A DNA stretch of 64,000 nucleotides from the human T2T-CHM13v2.0 reference genome, Homo sapiens. The stretch lies in the NCBI RefSeq assembly GCF_009914755.1, contig NC_060937.1, one strand, 5' to 3'. The notes beneath the pieces were generated by a model, which had not been told where the DNA came from, did no database searches, and was given only the letters and a program-made list of their open reading frames with translations. Below are positions 1-13,224 of the stretch, piece by piece (positions within the stretch are counted from its first letter, which is position 1; each line of letters begins with the position of its first letter). The position numbers were made by a program, and so were the translations under genes.

Positions 1-3000
1 AGGAGCCTTTTTAGTCTGGGATATTTCCTTCCAAAACAGGAGATGCAAGTCCTCCAGTGGTTCGCAGGTGTATCAAGGCTGGTCTGGCTGATCTTGGGAC
101 TCCTGAGCTGATGGTCCTGCAGGTTTCTCAGCGGGTGTCCAAAATTTAACTCGGGTGTGGTGAATCCAAGATTCCACTCCTGCCACCTTAACTGCAGTGG
201 GGGTAGAGAGGATTACCGAGTGTGGTCCTTCCTACAAAGAGCCCATGGATGGGGAGGTAGAGGGGAGAGATTTGACCAACACTAGATCTCCTGGTTGAAA
301 CAACTCTGTTCCCTTTTCTCTGTGACATCCTTCAGGTAGGATTTTAAGGTTTTGTTGATATTTTGCCAAAGAAGTTATATCTTTGACGAAGTTGGCCGTT
401 TCCTGATGAAGTAGGACGTCATTTGTGAGAAAAGGTCGTCCATACAGCATTTCATATGGACTGAGCCCCATTTTGTGAGGAGAATTTTGGATTCTCAACA
501 AGGCCATGGGCAAAAGAGTAGGCTATGGGAGATGAGTTTCTTGTGTTAGTTTCCTTTAGTGCCTCTTGAGTGTTTTGTTTGCCTTCTCGACCTTCCCTGA
601 GGATTGTGGCCTCCAGGCGCAGTGAAGGTGATATTGTATCCCTAGCGCCCTGGAAATTCCCTGAGTTACCACGGCTTTAAAAGCTGGACCATTGTCGCTC
701 TGTAAGCTTTGGAGAAGCCCAAATCTAGGAATTATTTCATGAATTAGGACTTTAATCACTTCCTGAGCCTTCTCTGTCTTGCGAGGGAAAGCCTTTATCC
801 AATTTGTAGAGGTATCAACACACACCAATAATTATTGAAATCCCTTCGACTTAGGCATATGGGTGAAGTCTAAATGCCAGTCCTCTCCGGGCTAGTGACC
901 TATTCTTTGTTCCCTTAGAGGGGACTTATGGTGGACCAAGGGATTATTCCTTTGGCACACCTCACAGACTTTGACTACCTGTCAGATGGTCCGGAGGAGA
1001 TTTGGCCCTGTAAATAGGGATTTGGCCATTTGATGAGTGTTTTCAATACCCATATGAAAAGTTTGTTGGAGGGTTTTAAGTATTTTCCACTGGATGGCTT
1101 TGGGTATAAGTACCTTTCCTCCTTCTGTCATTAACCACCCCGAGGGGAGACAACTATGCCCCCGTGAAAGTCCCCATTCTGTTTCAGTTGGGGAATACTG
1201 GGGCTTAATCTCTTGGAGGGGGTTGTTCCATACCAAGGGTCCTTCCGTAGGTATTTCTAATGGGAGGTTCCTCCTGGCAGCAATTTTGGCCTCAGCATCT
1301 GCCCTGCGGTTTCCTTCTGCCTTTTCTCCTTCACTTCCTTCTGCCTTTTCTCCTTACACTTTGGCAGTGTAAGACTGCCACCTCCTTGGGTTTTTGCACT
1401 GCGTGCAATGACTCCATAATTTCCTTGTGGTATTTAATGGGGGTTCCCTCAGAGGTTAGGAACTCCCTTTCTTTCCATATTGCAGCATGGGCATGTAGGA
1501 TTAGATAAGCGTACTTGCTATCTGTATACACATTTATTCTTTTTCCCTTTCCCAATTCCAAGTCTCGGTTAAGTGCCACTAGTTCTTCTAACTGGGCACT
1601 GGTCCCTGGGGGAAGAGGCTTGCTTTCAAGTGTCGTTACATCACTAACTATGGCATAACCTGCCCTTTGTATTCCATTGTCCACCAATGAACTTCCATTG
1701 GTATACAGGTTAAGGTCAGGATTAGTTAAGGGGACTTCCAAGAGATCATCTCGGGCAGCATAAGTCTGGACTATAATTTGTTGGCAGTCATGCTCGATTG
1801 GTTCGCCATCCTCTGGGAGAAAAGTGGCAGGGTTGAGGGCCACGCATGTACATATTTGAAGCACTGGTCCCTCAAGGAGTAGTGCCTGGTATCTGAGTAG
1901 GCGGTTGTCTGATAGCCATAAACTTCCTTTGGCACCTAGTATGCCATTTACATCATGAGTAGTCCAGACAGTGAGATCCTTTCCTTGTGTTATTTTGATA
2001 GCCTCTGACGCTAAGACGGCCACCGCCGCAACTACCCTTAAACAGTGAGGCCAGCCTTTTGCTACTACATCGATTTCCTTAGTTAGGTATGCCACCGGTT
2101 GTGGGGTTGTCCCACGAGTCTGAGTAAGGACTCCAAGAGCTATTCCTGCTCTCTCTCTGATATATAAAGAGAAGTTTTGTCCTGTGGGAAGGCTTAAATC
2201 TGGAGCTTGTACTAGGTTCTGCTTTTTAAGGTTTTGAAGGCTGTTTCTGTCCCTGGTTCCCATTCTACTAGATGAATATTTGCCCTCTGGGTCTCCTTGA
2301 TTAGAGTATGGAGGGGCCTGGCTATCTCGCTGTTTCCGGCAGTCCATAGTTGGCAAAACCCAGTGATTCCAAGGAACCCCTGCAACTGTTTTAATGTCTT
2401 AGGGTGAGGATAAGCCAGTATAGGCCGTACTCATTCCTTTCTGAGGGCCCTGGTCCGTCTGGCTAAGATTAGGCCTAGATATTTGACCTGCTATAGGCAA
2501 AGCTGGGCCTTCAACCTAGATGCCTTGTTCCCTTGATCAGCTAGAAAGTTCAGGAGATCTAGAGTAGCCCACTGACATGAGGCTTCTGAACTGGTAGCCC
2601 AAAGTAAATCATCCACATGCTGAAGGACCAGAGTGCCTGGACTTGAGAAGTGGCCTAGATCTTGGGCCAATGCCTGACCAAACAGGTGAGGGCTATCCCT
2701 AAACCCTTGGGCCAAGACTGTCCATGTAAGTTGGGATGTGTGGTCTGTGGGATCCTCAAAGGCAAAGAGAAACTGTGAGTCAGTGCAGGGGAATACAGAA
2801 GGCGGCATCCTTGAGGTCCAGAATAGTGAATCATTCTGCTTCCTCTGGTATTTGAGAGAGCAGGGTATAGGGGTTGGGTACAACTGGATATAGAGGAATT
2901 ACTGCCTCATTGATGAGTCTAAGGTCTTGCACTAGTCTCCACTGACGATTGGGTTTTTGTACCCCTAGAATTGGGGTGTTGCAGGGACTGCTGCATTTCC

Positions 3001-3553
3001 TTACTAAGCCTTGAGCTTTCAAATGTTTAACAATATCCTGTAATACTTTATGAGCTTCAGGCCTTAAGGGATATTGCCTCTGATAAGGAAAAGTGGTGGG
3101 ATCTTTTAGCCTGATTTGGACTGGGTGGGCATTTTTTGCCCTTCCAGATTGTCTTTCCAATGCCCAGACTTCAGGGTTGATTCCCTCCTCAAGTAGGGGA
3201 CAACAAATGGGTAACTTGTTCCCCATATTCGTGTAGATAATAGCTCCAGCTTTGGCTAATATATCCCTCCCTAATAAGGGTGTGGGACTTTCAGGCATAA
3301 CAAGAAAGGCAAGTGAAAAGAGCAAAGTCTTCCAATTACAACTGAGGAGGTGGGAGAAATACCTGGTTACAGGCTGCCCCAGGATTCCTCGGATGGTAAC
3401 AGACCTTGAGGATAGTCGTCCAGGACTGGAGATTAACACTGAGAAGGCCTCGCCAGTGTCCAAGAGGAAGTCAATTTCCTGGCCCTCAATGGTTAAATGT
3501 ACACGGGGCTCAGTGAGGGTGATGACAAGAGCTGGCGCTTGCTCTGGGCACCG
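1..3553 (-). pseudogene. pol: ERV pro-pol, disrupted by frameshifts and stops
   Basis: Protease LLDTGEAFS; RT WRLVQDLR, QGFRDSPHLFGQ, LQHVDDLL (YVDD to HVDD); RNase H LYTNGSS (catalytic D to N) and YTDSKYA; integrase VDTSTNW, SDNGPAF, KVEKAN, split over several ORFs. Confidence 0.93.
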
Positions 3554-4992
3554 TCAGTCCTGTTGTTGGATCATCTGGTTGGGGGCTTCTGGCCCAGAGA
3601 ACCATTGCACTCTGGGGCAGTGCGCCTTCCAGTGATTGCCTCGGCATAGCGGACATGGATGAGGGGGTGGCTTCTCGTTGGACAGTCTTTTTTAAAGTGT
3701 CCTTGTAAACCACACTGATAACAAGCCCTACTGGGTGATTGGCCTTTTCCATTTTCTGTCTTCTCTGAACCACCAAGGTTTGTCTGTCTGAGGGCCATGA
3801 CTAAGGCTGCTGCCTTTCTCTGATCTCGCTTTTCCTTTTGGGCCTATTCCTCTTGGTCCCTATTATAGAACACTGAGGTTGCCAGGTTTAGTAATGCCTC
3901 CAGATTTTGTTCAGGGCCCAGGGCTTGCTTTTGGAGCTTTCTCCTGATATCTGCGGCTGATTGGGTAATAAACTTATCTTTTAGGATCAATTGACCCTCT
4001 AGGGAGTCGGGTGACAGGGTAGAGTATTTTCTTAAGGCCTCCTGTAGCCAGTCGAGGAAGGCAGAAGGATTTTCTTCCTTTCCCTGAGTTATGCTAGACA
4101 TCATTGAATAATTAATGGGCTTTTTCCTAACTCTCCTTAGTCCTTCTAGAACACAGGTCAACAGATGTTTATGACTCCAGTCCCCATGATCTGAGTTGAG
4201 TCCCAGTGGGGATCCATACTGGGGACGACTTGCTGACCGGTAGGGAATTTGTCCCTTTCTTCGGCTGTCATTCTGTCATTTACTTGACTAAGATACCAGG
4301 TATCGCCAAACTCTCGGGCTGCAGCTAAAGCTGCATTCTTTTCATTAAAGACTAGGGTTTGATCTAACAATAGCATGACATCTCTCCAAGTGAGATCGAA
4401 GGTTTGCCCTAGACCCTGTAGAAAATCTATCAGGATCATCTGAAAACTTCCCCAGGTCTGCCTGGATCTGCTTTAAATCAGAGAGGGAGAAGGGGACATG
4501 TACCCAGCTTGGGCCAAATTCCTCTCCCCCTACAGCTTGAAGGGGACATAACCGATAGCCCGGGGGTTTTTGTGGTCCCTTGGAGATTTCTTTGCTTATT
4601 TCCTTCTGGGCAGGGGAGATTAGAGGAGGCTTATCATTAATAGGAAGGGGAGCTATAGGGAGGCTAGGATATGGGGGTAAGCTGAGAGGTCCTCCTGTGG
4701 GACATAAATTGCAAGCTTTGCATATTCTCCTTCAATGAAAAGAAAGCTGGACATAAGGTATTTCAATCCATTTGCCTTCCCTCTTACAGAAAAGGTCAAG
4801 CTGCAGGATAGTATTGTAATTTATACTTCCCTCAGGTGGCCATTTTTACCCATCAGAGAGAGAATACTGGGGCCAAGCCATAGTGCAGAAAAAAATAAGC
4901 TGCCTCTTTTTCAGGGTTTCTGGGTCAAATTGGTCCGAATGGCTTAGGATGCATTTCAAGGGTGAGCATGTTGATGCCTGAGTGTTTCCCAT
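3554..4992 (-). pseudogene. gag: ERV gag, disrupted
   Basis: Starts MGNTQAS at ATG 4992; capsid MHR-like QGKEENPSAFL and KDKFITQSAADIRRKLQK; zinc knuckle CYQCGLQGHFKKDC; TGA at 3556-3554. Confidence 0.9.
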
Positions 4993-5058
4993 CTGAAAGA
5001 CAAAACCACCTGCAGTTTTGGTTTGTTTTTCTCCCCCTGCCCAAGAACCTATAATGGT

Positions 5059-5251
5059 CCCTGGACCCTGCTGATCGGAATAGTTGCGCTCACCGACGCA
5101 GCAGCAGAAACACCTCTTGCCCAAGAACCCTGGACCCTGCTGATGGGAATAGTTGTGCTCGCCGACGCAGCAGCAGAAACACCTCTTGCCCAAGAACCCT
5201 GGACCCTGCTGATCGGAATAGTTGCGCTCACTGACACAGCAGCAGAAACAC
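5059..5251. repeat. 69-bp tandem repeat (~2.8 copies) in the ERV leader
   Basis: CCCTGGACCCTGCTGAT recurs at 5059, 5128 and 5197. Confidence 0.92.
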
Positions 5252-6245
5252 TAGTTTCCCTCCTAGACCACAAGGAGGACTGAGGAAGGTTGGATTTAGT
5301 GGCCCTTACCGACGCATTCTCTTAAAACCTGCACCTTGCCTGTCCTCCTAGACCACAAAGAGGACTGAGAAAAATCAGATTTAATGACCCTTACTGACGC
5401 ATTCTTGAAAACCTGTTAAGAGTCCTAAGCGTTCTCCTGTTAGTATTGGGACTTTACTTGTGTCCTATAAAGATGTTATGCCCCCAAAATGAAGTGGAGG
5501 GCCATACCCTGAGGGAGAGAAGGGATCTCCAGGGTTGGAAGAGTGATGCCTTTTGTCCTCACTTATATGAATAGGAAGGATACAATTTCTGAGGCTCCCC
5601 ATATCCTAGCTTCAGGAATAGCTTTTGTTAGGCCTGCTTGTCTGAGTAGGGGTGCTAAAATTCCAGATAGTACCCCCTATGACAGGGCTTTGGGCAAAAA
5701 TTATGTCTTTCTGATTGGCGGGCCCGGGTGCCTAAAGAAGGGAACAGAGTCCTGAAACTAGAAAAGAACTAGAGACAGGGAGTGGTTTTTAGAAGCAGGA
5801 CTAGCCTCAGAGAAGAGAGGTGAGAGGACGTTTGTCTGACAGGCATTAGGACCCAGGAGGCAAGGGTCAGGATGGATAGGATAGATGGGCGAGTCTCACT
5901 TGGGCGACATACCTTTGAGAGTTCCGCTCATGGCCACAGGGTCAACCAGCTTGTTGTTGGGACCCCGGAGTTGAATGGCTTTCCTCTCTGTTGACCGTTG
6001 GCTCAGCCTGGAAGTACAGGATAAGTGGAAGCTGGTACCAGGCAAACCACCGCTCCCAACTCTGAAGAGTCGGGGGTTGTTAGCCCTTTCCCAGAAAGCC
6101 TGACACGCGTGTCTTTAGTCCGGTGGCTGTGCTAGTTGCTTTTAACTGGCCGACAGGTGCCTGGTATTTAGCCCCCGAATTCTACGGAAAAATAGGACAG
6201 AATAGCAAGCAAAAGGGGTCCGATGATACTCACTGCTTGGCGATA

Positions 6246-6263
6246 GTCCCATCTGGGTCGCCA
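6246..6263 (-). other. Primer-binding site complementary to tRNA-Arg
   Basis: + strand GTCCCATCTGGGTCGCCA, 3 nt from the LTR end; ends in CCA and matches my recollection of the 3' end of a human tRNA-Arg(CCG). Confidence 0.85.
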
Positions 6264-6266
6264 AAA

Positions 6267-7048
6267 TGTGTCCAGAATTGGTTCCTTCTGGTGGGTTCTT
6301 GGTCTCGCTGACTTCAAGAATGAAGCCGTGGACACTCGCGGTGAGTGTTACAGTTCTTAAAGATGGTGTGTCCGGAGTTTGTTCCTTCAGATGTGTCCAT
6401 TCCTTCAGATGTGTCCAGAGTTTCTTCCTTCCGGTGGGTTTGTGGTCTCGCTGACTTCAGGAGTGAAGCTACAGACCTTCGCAGTGGGTGTTACAGCTCT
6501 TAAAGGTGGTGTGTCCGGAGTTTTTTGTTCCTCCTGGTGGGTTCGTGGTCTTGCTGACTTCAGGAACGAAGCTGCAGACCCTTGCGGTGAGTGTTACAGC
6601 TCATAAAGGTAGTGTGGACCCAAAGAGTGAGCAGCAGCAAGATTTATTGTGAAGAGCAAAAGAACAAAGCTTCCACAGTGTGGAAGGGGACCTGAGTGGG
6701 TTGCTGCTGCTGGCTTGGGTGGCCAGCTTTTATTCCCTTATTTGGCCCTGCCCACGTCCTGCTGATTGGTCCATTTTTACAGAGTGCTGATTGGTGCATT
6801 TACAAACCTTTAGCTAGACACAGAGCTCTGATTGGTGCATTTTTACAGAGTGCTGATTGGTGTGTTTACAAACCTTTAGCTGGACACGGAGTGCTGATTG
6901 GTTCGTTTTTACAGAGTGCTGATAGGTGCGTTTACAAACCTTTAGCTAGACACATAGTGCTGATGGGTGTGTTTACAATCCTTTAGCTAGACAGAAAAGT
7001 TCTGCAGGTCCCCACCCGACCCAGAAGCCCAGCTGGCTTCACCTCTCA
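6267..7048 (-). promoter_or_regulatory. 5' LTR, LTR12 family (782 bp)
   Basis: Minus strand begins TGAGAGGTGAAGCCAGCTGGG and ends GGACACA; U3 tandem repeats with five CCAAT boxes (6765-6901); AATAAA TATA-like box ~6730; polyA signal ~6645; repeated U5 units. Confidence 0.93.
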
Positions 7049-10000
7049 ATATCTCATTGGTCAGAGAAAGTCATGTGGCCAGGCCTGCCCCTGCCTGTAG
7101 GAAGCTGATGGGCATCACTGGGCTGGATGTAGACTCCTCCTCGAAGGGCAGGGGGAGTGAATGAAAGCAGCCATACTGTCTGCTGCAGTGAGCCTGGGTT
7201 AGAGAGGCAGAGGAAGTTGGAACATAGTGTACTGAATGTGAAAATTTAAGTTTGGGTCAATATCAGCTCTTAGAACTTTTGTCTGCTGAAGCCTTTTTAT
7301 TTTAGAATAATACTCTTTTTGATTGAAGCTGTCCTGGAAACCACTGTGGATATTTCTGCTAGTAGTCGTCCTCTGGTCAGAGGTTTTCATATTTGGGAGC
7401 ACAGGTGACTATAAGCTCCCTGATGTTGCCTGTGCATACTTGTAAGGTTACCCTAAGGGCCTTAGCCTGCCAGATGCTTGCTGGTGACCAGCCGAGCCCC
7501 ATCTTCCTCATGTCCAAATGAGTCCTCCTTTTGTCAGGTGTTAGTTCAGGAGGTAAACTTAATAATAAATGTGGCTGCTTTGGTGTAACCATAAAATGAG
7601 GAATATGCTAAAATAGAATTCCTTTGGAGGCATGGCAAAAATTAAGGCTGGAAGTTGAGTCTGGGCCAGATTGTAGAGCCTTTGATGACTGGTTCCAGCA
7701 TCTTTGGCTTCAGTTTCTTCTGTGGGGTTAGGAGTTGGAGTGCTGGGTGCCCAGGAACAATCAGCCTGGGCCTAGAGACTGGACAGCAGTGGGGAACGGG
7801 CACCAGACAGTGACCTCCTGATATGCCTGTTACAGATGGTGGCCTTAGGTCCACATTTGCATGGGCTCACCCCTCTTCCTTTTTTCTGCTCCAAAGTCTG
7901 TGCCTCCATTGGGAGCACATACAGTTGTCACCCACTCTGTGAAGCCCTTTCTGACTCATGTTACGGGTACTTGCTTTCTGCCGCCGTGGACTACTCGGTG
8001 ACTCCTCCTCCTCTTCCTCAACACCTAGGGCGACTTTTCCCTACCATCTTTCTGTGTCTGTGGACATCACCTCTCTCGGCCCCTAGATGGGAGGGGTCCT
8101 TACCAGCCTTGGGCTGCGGCCTCTCTGGGGAGAGCCCAGTGCCCTCCCTGCTGCATCCTTCATTTTCCTCCCGGTCATCTCCAAGCCGAGCCTCCTTTCT
8201 CTGGAACCAAGTGTGGGAGATGCAGTTGTGGTACAAAGGAATGAATGCCCACTTGCCTTAACTCATTTTTTTTTCTCTTATTGTCCTGTAGCCAGCTGCT
8301 GAATTCCTCACCACTCACCTTCACCTTTCTCTCGTTTTCTGTTCAGCCAGCTCTCTTGACCCTGGTGCTTCCTTGCTCGAAATCATGTCTTTTTTTTTTT
8401 TTGACAATACACTGTGTCAGAGGAATCCTTGAGTTTTACAACTGGAAGTGACTTTAGAGGTTAGCTGATTCAGCTTCTCTCCCTTCCCAGGTGAGGAACG
8501 GGACACCCACAGCTGTGTGGAGACTTATCCACCCTGCAGGTGCCAGCTAAATCCTTCAAAATGACCTTTCCAAAATTAACGCCATGTTCTGACATAGCCA
8601 AAACTGTAATGTCTGTCATACATGACAAGGTTAGTAATGATGTCTCAACACCATCTGATACGTAGTCTGTATTTACATTTCCCCAGGTGTTCCCAAGTAC
8701 ACTTTGTAGATGGTTTATCCAAAACGGTCCAGTGCAGGGCCCCTTCTGGCATCTGGAATCTCTTGATCCAGAGCAGTCTTGTTTTCCATGGCCCAGAATT
8801 GTGGACAGACTTAATGTCTGGCTTTTGTAGGTGCCCAGAAGCTGCTTGTTCAGTGAAGACATGGTAAAGACAATGGGGATGAGATACTGAAGACATTTTT
8901 TTCTTCTTTGGCTCGGGGGGGATTTCCCTCAGTCTTAAATATTAATGAAGTTCGGCCTTCAATTAAAAAACCATGCCCTTGGTCGTCCTCCATGCCATTG
9001 TCTTCTGAACCTAGGACTTGATCCCCAGGCTTGTTGGCTCCTTCCAGTCTCTCCCCAGTGTTTGTCCAAATCCCCATCGTCCCCCTTGTTCCTGTGGCTG
9101 AGGTTCTCCGACCTACGATTGCAGAAATCTTCCTCAGATAGTTTCTCTGCGTCTCACTATTTTCTTCTATGGTTTGTATAGTTTAGCACCTTCTAGCCAT
9201 TCTATTTTATGCCCAAATCGCTTTATATATGGCCTGTGTATTTCACAGAGGGCAAGATAATTTTCCTAAACAGTGCCAGCTACAATTCAGCTTCCTAAGA
9301 AGCAATTTCTGGAAAGCACTGCAAGAGAAACGAGGTCCAGTAAACATACTCTATGAGAATAGAGTTGAGAAAGTCATTGTACTTTGGGGCTTCATTTTAT
9401 CTCTAAATGAGAGGGCTGACCTGTAAGTCATGTAGATGATTCTTCTCTCTGTTCAGTGGGCTTTTTCTTGTGGTTATTTTGCATTTTTAAAAGTAAGAGT
9501 TTTCCTTGGCAGAATGGAGTTATCTGTAGGTCTGTTTTGATAAGTGAGATTTGGTGTGCCCTTTTCTTTTTGAAAGTGTGGGGCATTCCAGTTGCTGCTT
9601 CCTGTCCTCAAGCATGTTCCCCTTTCCCTGGTGAGGATGCGAAGTCTGAGGTCTAAGGGGCCCAATGCAGGGCTGTAGCAAGCAGGTGGTCAGGGAGGCT
9701 CTGCTCCGTAGTCTCAGCCCTCTTCCTTCTTCCAGCACCGCCGTGTCCTTCCCACAACGTGCCGCATTGTGTTGTGCGGTTTAGTGTTAGACCATGGGAA
9801 CTCCCCTCCCCGCCACTTTTAAGAAGGTATTTTTCTATCCTTGTTTGAATACTCTGGGCTTCTTTTATCCCTGATTTGGTATTGTATTTGATTATGTAGT
9901 TTCTATTGAGAGCAAAATACCAAAAATAAGCTAAGGAATTTTAATGTTAGTTTTCTGGTGGAAAACTGGTAGGATGATTTCATTTTGGGAGTATCGGATC

Positions 10001-10254
10001 ATTCTATTGCACATTTAATTCACTTAAATGTAAAAGTAAGGGTGAGTGTTTGAAATACGCTTTTTCAAATGGATAGATCCTAAAGCGTATTATGGTGCGA
10101 AGTGTGTCTGTGCAGCCACCCTTGTCCCCAGCATGGTGCCTGTGTGGGGTAGTGCAGGTGGCAGGAAGTGTGCCTGTGCTGGCATTGAGGCTTCAGCTGG
10201 GCAGGATTCCTAATGACCTTCCTTACCTCACCAGGAGCGCTTCTCACGCTTGGC

Positions 10255-10392
10255 TGTGTGTTGGAGTCACTTGGAGAGGGTTGGCATTTTGATTTGAGTC
10301 TCTGGACTCCAGAACACTGCTGGAGTATCCTGCCCTTTTACAGCCCCCCAGGAGGTCTTAACATGTAGCTCCTGCTGAGAATTGCTGCTCCT
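10255..10392. mobile_element. MER5A-like hAT DNA transposon remnant
   Basis: Decayed MER5-type motifs (ttggagtcacttggagagg ... tgagaattgctgctc); boundaries approximate. Confidence 0.4.
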
Positions 10393-13224
10393 GAGGCTGA
10401 GGCTTCCAAAAGGAGGCCTGGAGACAATGGAATATGGTTTGTACTTCCTTCCCTCCTGCTGCTCCTTGCCATTGCCAAGAGTGGAAATACTGCTAAAGCA
10501 CCCAGCAAGTCATGGTGGGGAATGAATGAATCCCGTCTAAGACACTTGTTTTAATAACCCTAGGGAACAATTTAGTGTGCTAAATGTCATGGTAATTCTT
10601 ACATACACACTGATTTACTTTTTGCAGAGAGATTTCTATAAAAGTTTTGAGACTTCCCTATTATTCCCATAGTACAAAATTTCTCTGTACTCAGATTTTT
10701 CTGTTTCTGTTTTTTGTTGAATAGATTTCTATTTTAGGAAATAGTCTGTTATCTTTCTCTAGAGAAGCACTTCAATCGAAACATTTTGTTGGCTGAGAAT
10801 GTGCATTTTCCCCCTCTCAGGGGTAAGGATTTGCCTCATCTCATTGTCTAGCTTCCTGTTGAGAAGTGTGGTGTGTGTATTCACTTAAACTCTGATGTCA
10901 TATTGAAGCCCATTGGTGGGCAGTTTCAGCCAATCAGATGCTTCCTGGGTATCCAAGTAAGAAAGATATATAGTTCTGGAATAACAGGAAACTTCACATT
11001 TTTCACATCCTGTTATTCTGGGTTTTGTGACTTGCTGCCTTGCCACTATGAAGGTTAGTAGAAATTTATGTATGTATTTCTTTTTGTAGTATACAAAATT
11101 GACAAAATAAAAAATGACTTGAATTTTCAGAGCACTAAGATTAGATCTGTAGAGCTGAAAGACATTCAGATCTCCTATTTAAAAATGTTATGATGAAGAG
11201 AAATTTTATGTTTTGCATATAAGGAAGCTGAGGCCTATTTAATTCCTTTTAAAAAATGCAGCTTAACCCGTATTTGTTATAGGTGGTTATGTCAGCCTAG
11301 ATGCTGCTCTCATTTGAGTTGGGATTTCTTCTTAAATAATAAATATTACAACAAATGTATTCTGTATGAAAGATGATTCTAAAGACTATCTGTTCTAAGG
11401 ACTGTTTTTTAAAGGAAGGATTTAGCTTCATGAAATCAGTTATATTTTGTGCCTTTTGTTAGAAATGGCATCGGTAAGCACATAGAATGCTTAGATGTGT
11501 TCACAGCTTTCCTTTTACGTTTTGTGGTTCCATCTGATATTTCCTTGTGAACTTTAAGAAAGTGACCTCTGGTTTTCAGCTCCTTTCTTGACTCTTTTAG
11601 TGATTTGGTGGGTTTTTCTCTTGAGGTAGTTTTTCAAAGTCTGGTTCTTCTTTATTTATGTTTAAACATCTCATGACTATTTTTACTTATTTGGAAAATT
11701 ATAGACAGAAGGCCTTTAGCTGCAGATGAATTTTGAATAATACAGCAGGACTTTTTCACATTTGGTGTCACTTTTCTTAGCTTCTCTTGGCGTGAGCTTC
11801 ATTACAGCAGCATGCGGTGCCTGCAGGGTGGGTGGCTGGTTGGATGCTGGTGCACGTCTCCATTCGGATGCCTTTTCACTGTGCACCGGCCCCTGTGCTG
11901 GGTGTTGGGAGATGTACAATCTGCCACTGCAGATTTTTAGTCTAGGGAGGCCTGTAGACATCCACCATCAAACTATCATGACACGTGTTCTGGGGGAGCC
12001 TGGCTGGGGACCTGACCGGGTGTGGTGGGGGCAGCCAGGCTGTCAAGGCAGGGCTGTGTCAGGAAGCAAGATGAATAAGGATTAGCCAGGAAAGGGAAGG
12101 GACCGAAGGCAGGAAGAGGAAGAAGTGGGGCTTCTGGCAGGGTCTGCTAGAGGTGTGGGGAGAGGGCAGGACTGACAGGAGGAGACGACAGCCCTGGAGA
12201 GAAGGTGGGGCCCTTGTCCACTGATGCTTATTTCCGGTAATCTCAGTTAGAACATATGGCAACAGGATACACGTTTTGGTTTTTAAATGTATCTTTCTGT
12301 TATTGGCACCTCTGAAAGAATTTTTTTCTTAATTTTTCTGGAACATAGTTGTGGACGATTTGACTGTTTATCTTTGCTTGAGGTTATTTGGTGATCAGAA
12401 GCCATATGTAGTCTTTGGGCAGTATCTGAGATGAGAGCTCTGTTTGTTTTGACATGGCTGTGTGTGTGCACACGCGTTCTAGACACTAGTTGCCACATAC
12501 CTAGGCAAACCAATGTGCTTTACCTTTCCAAGCTCCAGGATGGTGGTGGGAAGTGCCTGCCAGTGGCAATGTGACCAGCTCCATCGTGGTCCCAGGGCTC
12601 TAGATAGCCCTGGACTGGAGGGGATGCGGTTGTGGGCTTGCCTGGTTCTGGCCTCAGAGCTCTGAGGGTGGTGGTCTCTTGTCCCTGCCCCTTTCCTATC
12701 TGGGATCTGCTTCTCCTGTCTGTCCTCCTTTTACCCTCACATCCACTCTGCTCTCTGATGTCCGCATTTTCTTTTGCTGCTGTTAGCTTTGGAATCGACT
12801 GTCATTTTCCCTTATTTTCTGTGGCTAGGAAAGAACATCTGTAGCACGCCTTGCCTGGGGCCTCTGTGTTAATCTAAGGAGAGGAGGATTGCGCAAGCAC
12901 CGTGCTTGCTTGCTGAATGCCAGCAGCCCACCCCCCCACCCCGCCCCGCCCCCGTGAATGAGCTCACACTCCAGAGGGGCAGGGGCGGGTGTTGGGTAGG
13001 GAATTGGCCTAATGCCGAGGGGGGACCCTGCACCTAAGTAGGAGAATTTTGATTGGGTTCTTACCTCAGGACTGAGAGACTGAGCGTGCTGGTCTCCCTG
13101 TCGCAGGTTGTGCGGTCTCCTTAGGATTTCAGGCTGAGCATCGTCGCGTTGCTGGGAGAACTTAGTTCATCCTGCACCCAACATAAGACTCTACTAATTT
13201 TGCTTGTTTAATTTTTCCTTTCAG

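Larger units (their letters stand above)
1..7048 (-). mobile_element. ERV9/HERV9-type (gamma-like) provirus, antisense to host gene; 5' LTR, leader, gag, pro-pol; continues past the left window edge
   Basis: LTR12-type LTR at 6267-7048, tRNA-Arg PBS, and ordered minus-strand ORF fragments for Gag, protease, RT, RNase H and integrase. Confidence 0.95.

Noticed and set aside
1331-2356. 341-aa pol ORF as a functional retroviral protein
   Set aside because: Flanked by frameshifts, RNase H catalytic Asp replaced (LYTNGSS), and disrupted by a ~24-bp duplication near 1310-1355
5060-5075. 15/16 match between the ERV leader repeat (CCTGGACCCTGCTGAT) and the 36-bp VNTR unit (CCTGGACTCTGCTGAT)
   Set aside because: The similarity does not extend further and is too short to infer common origin
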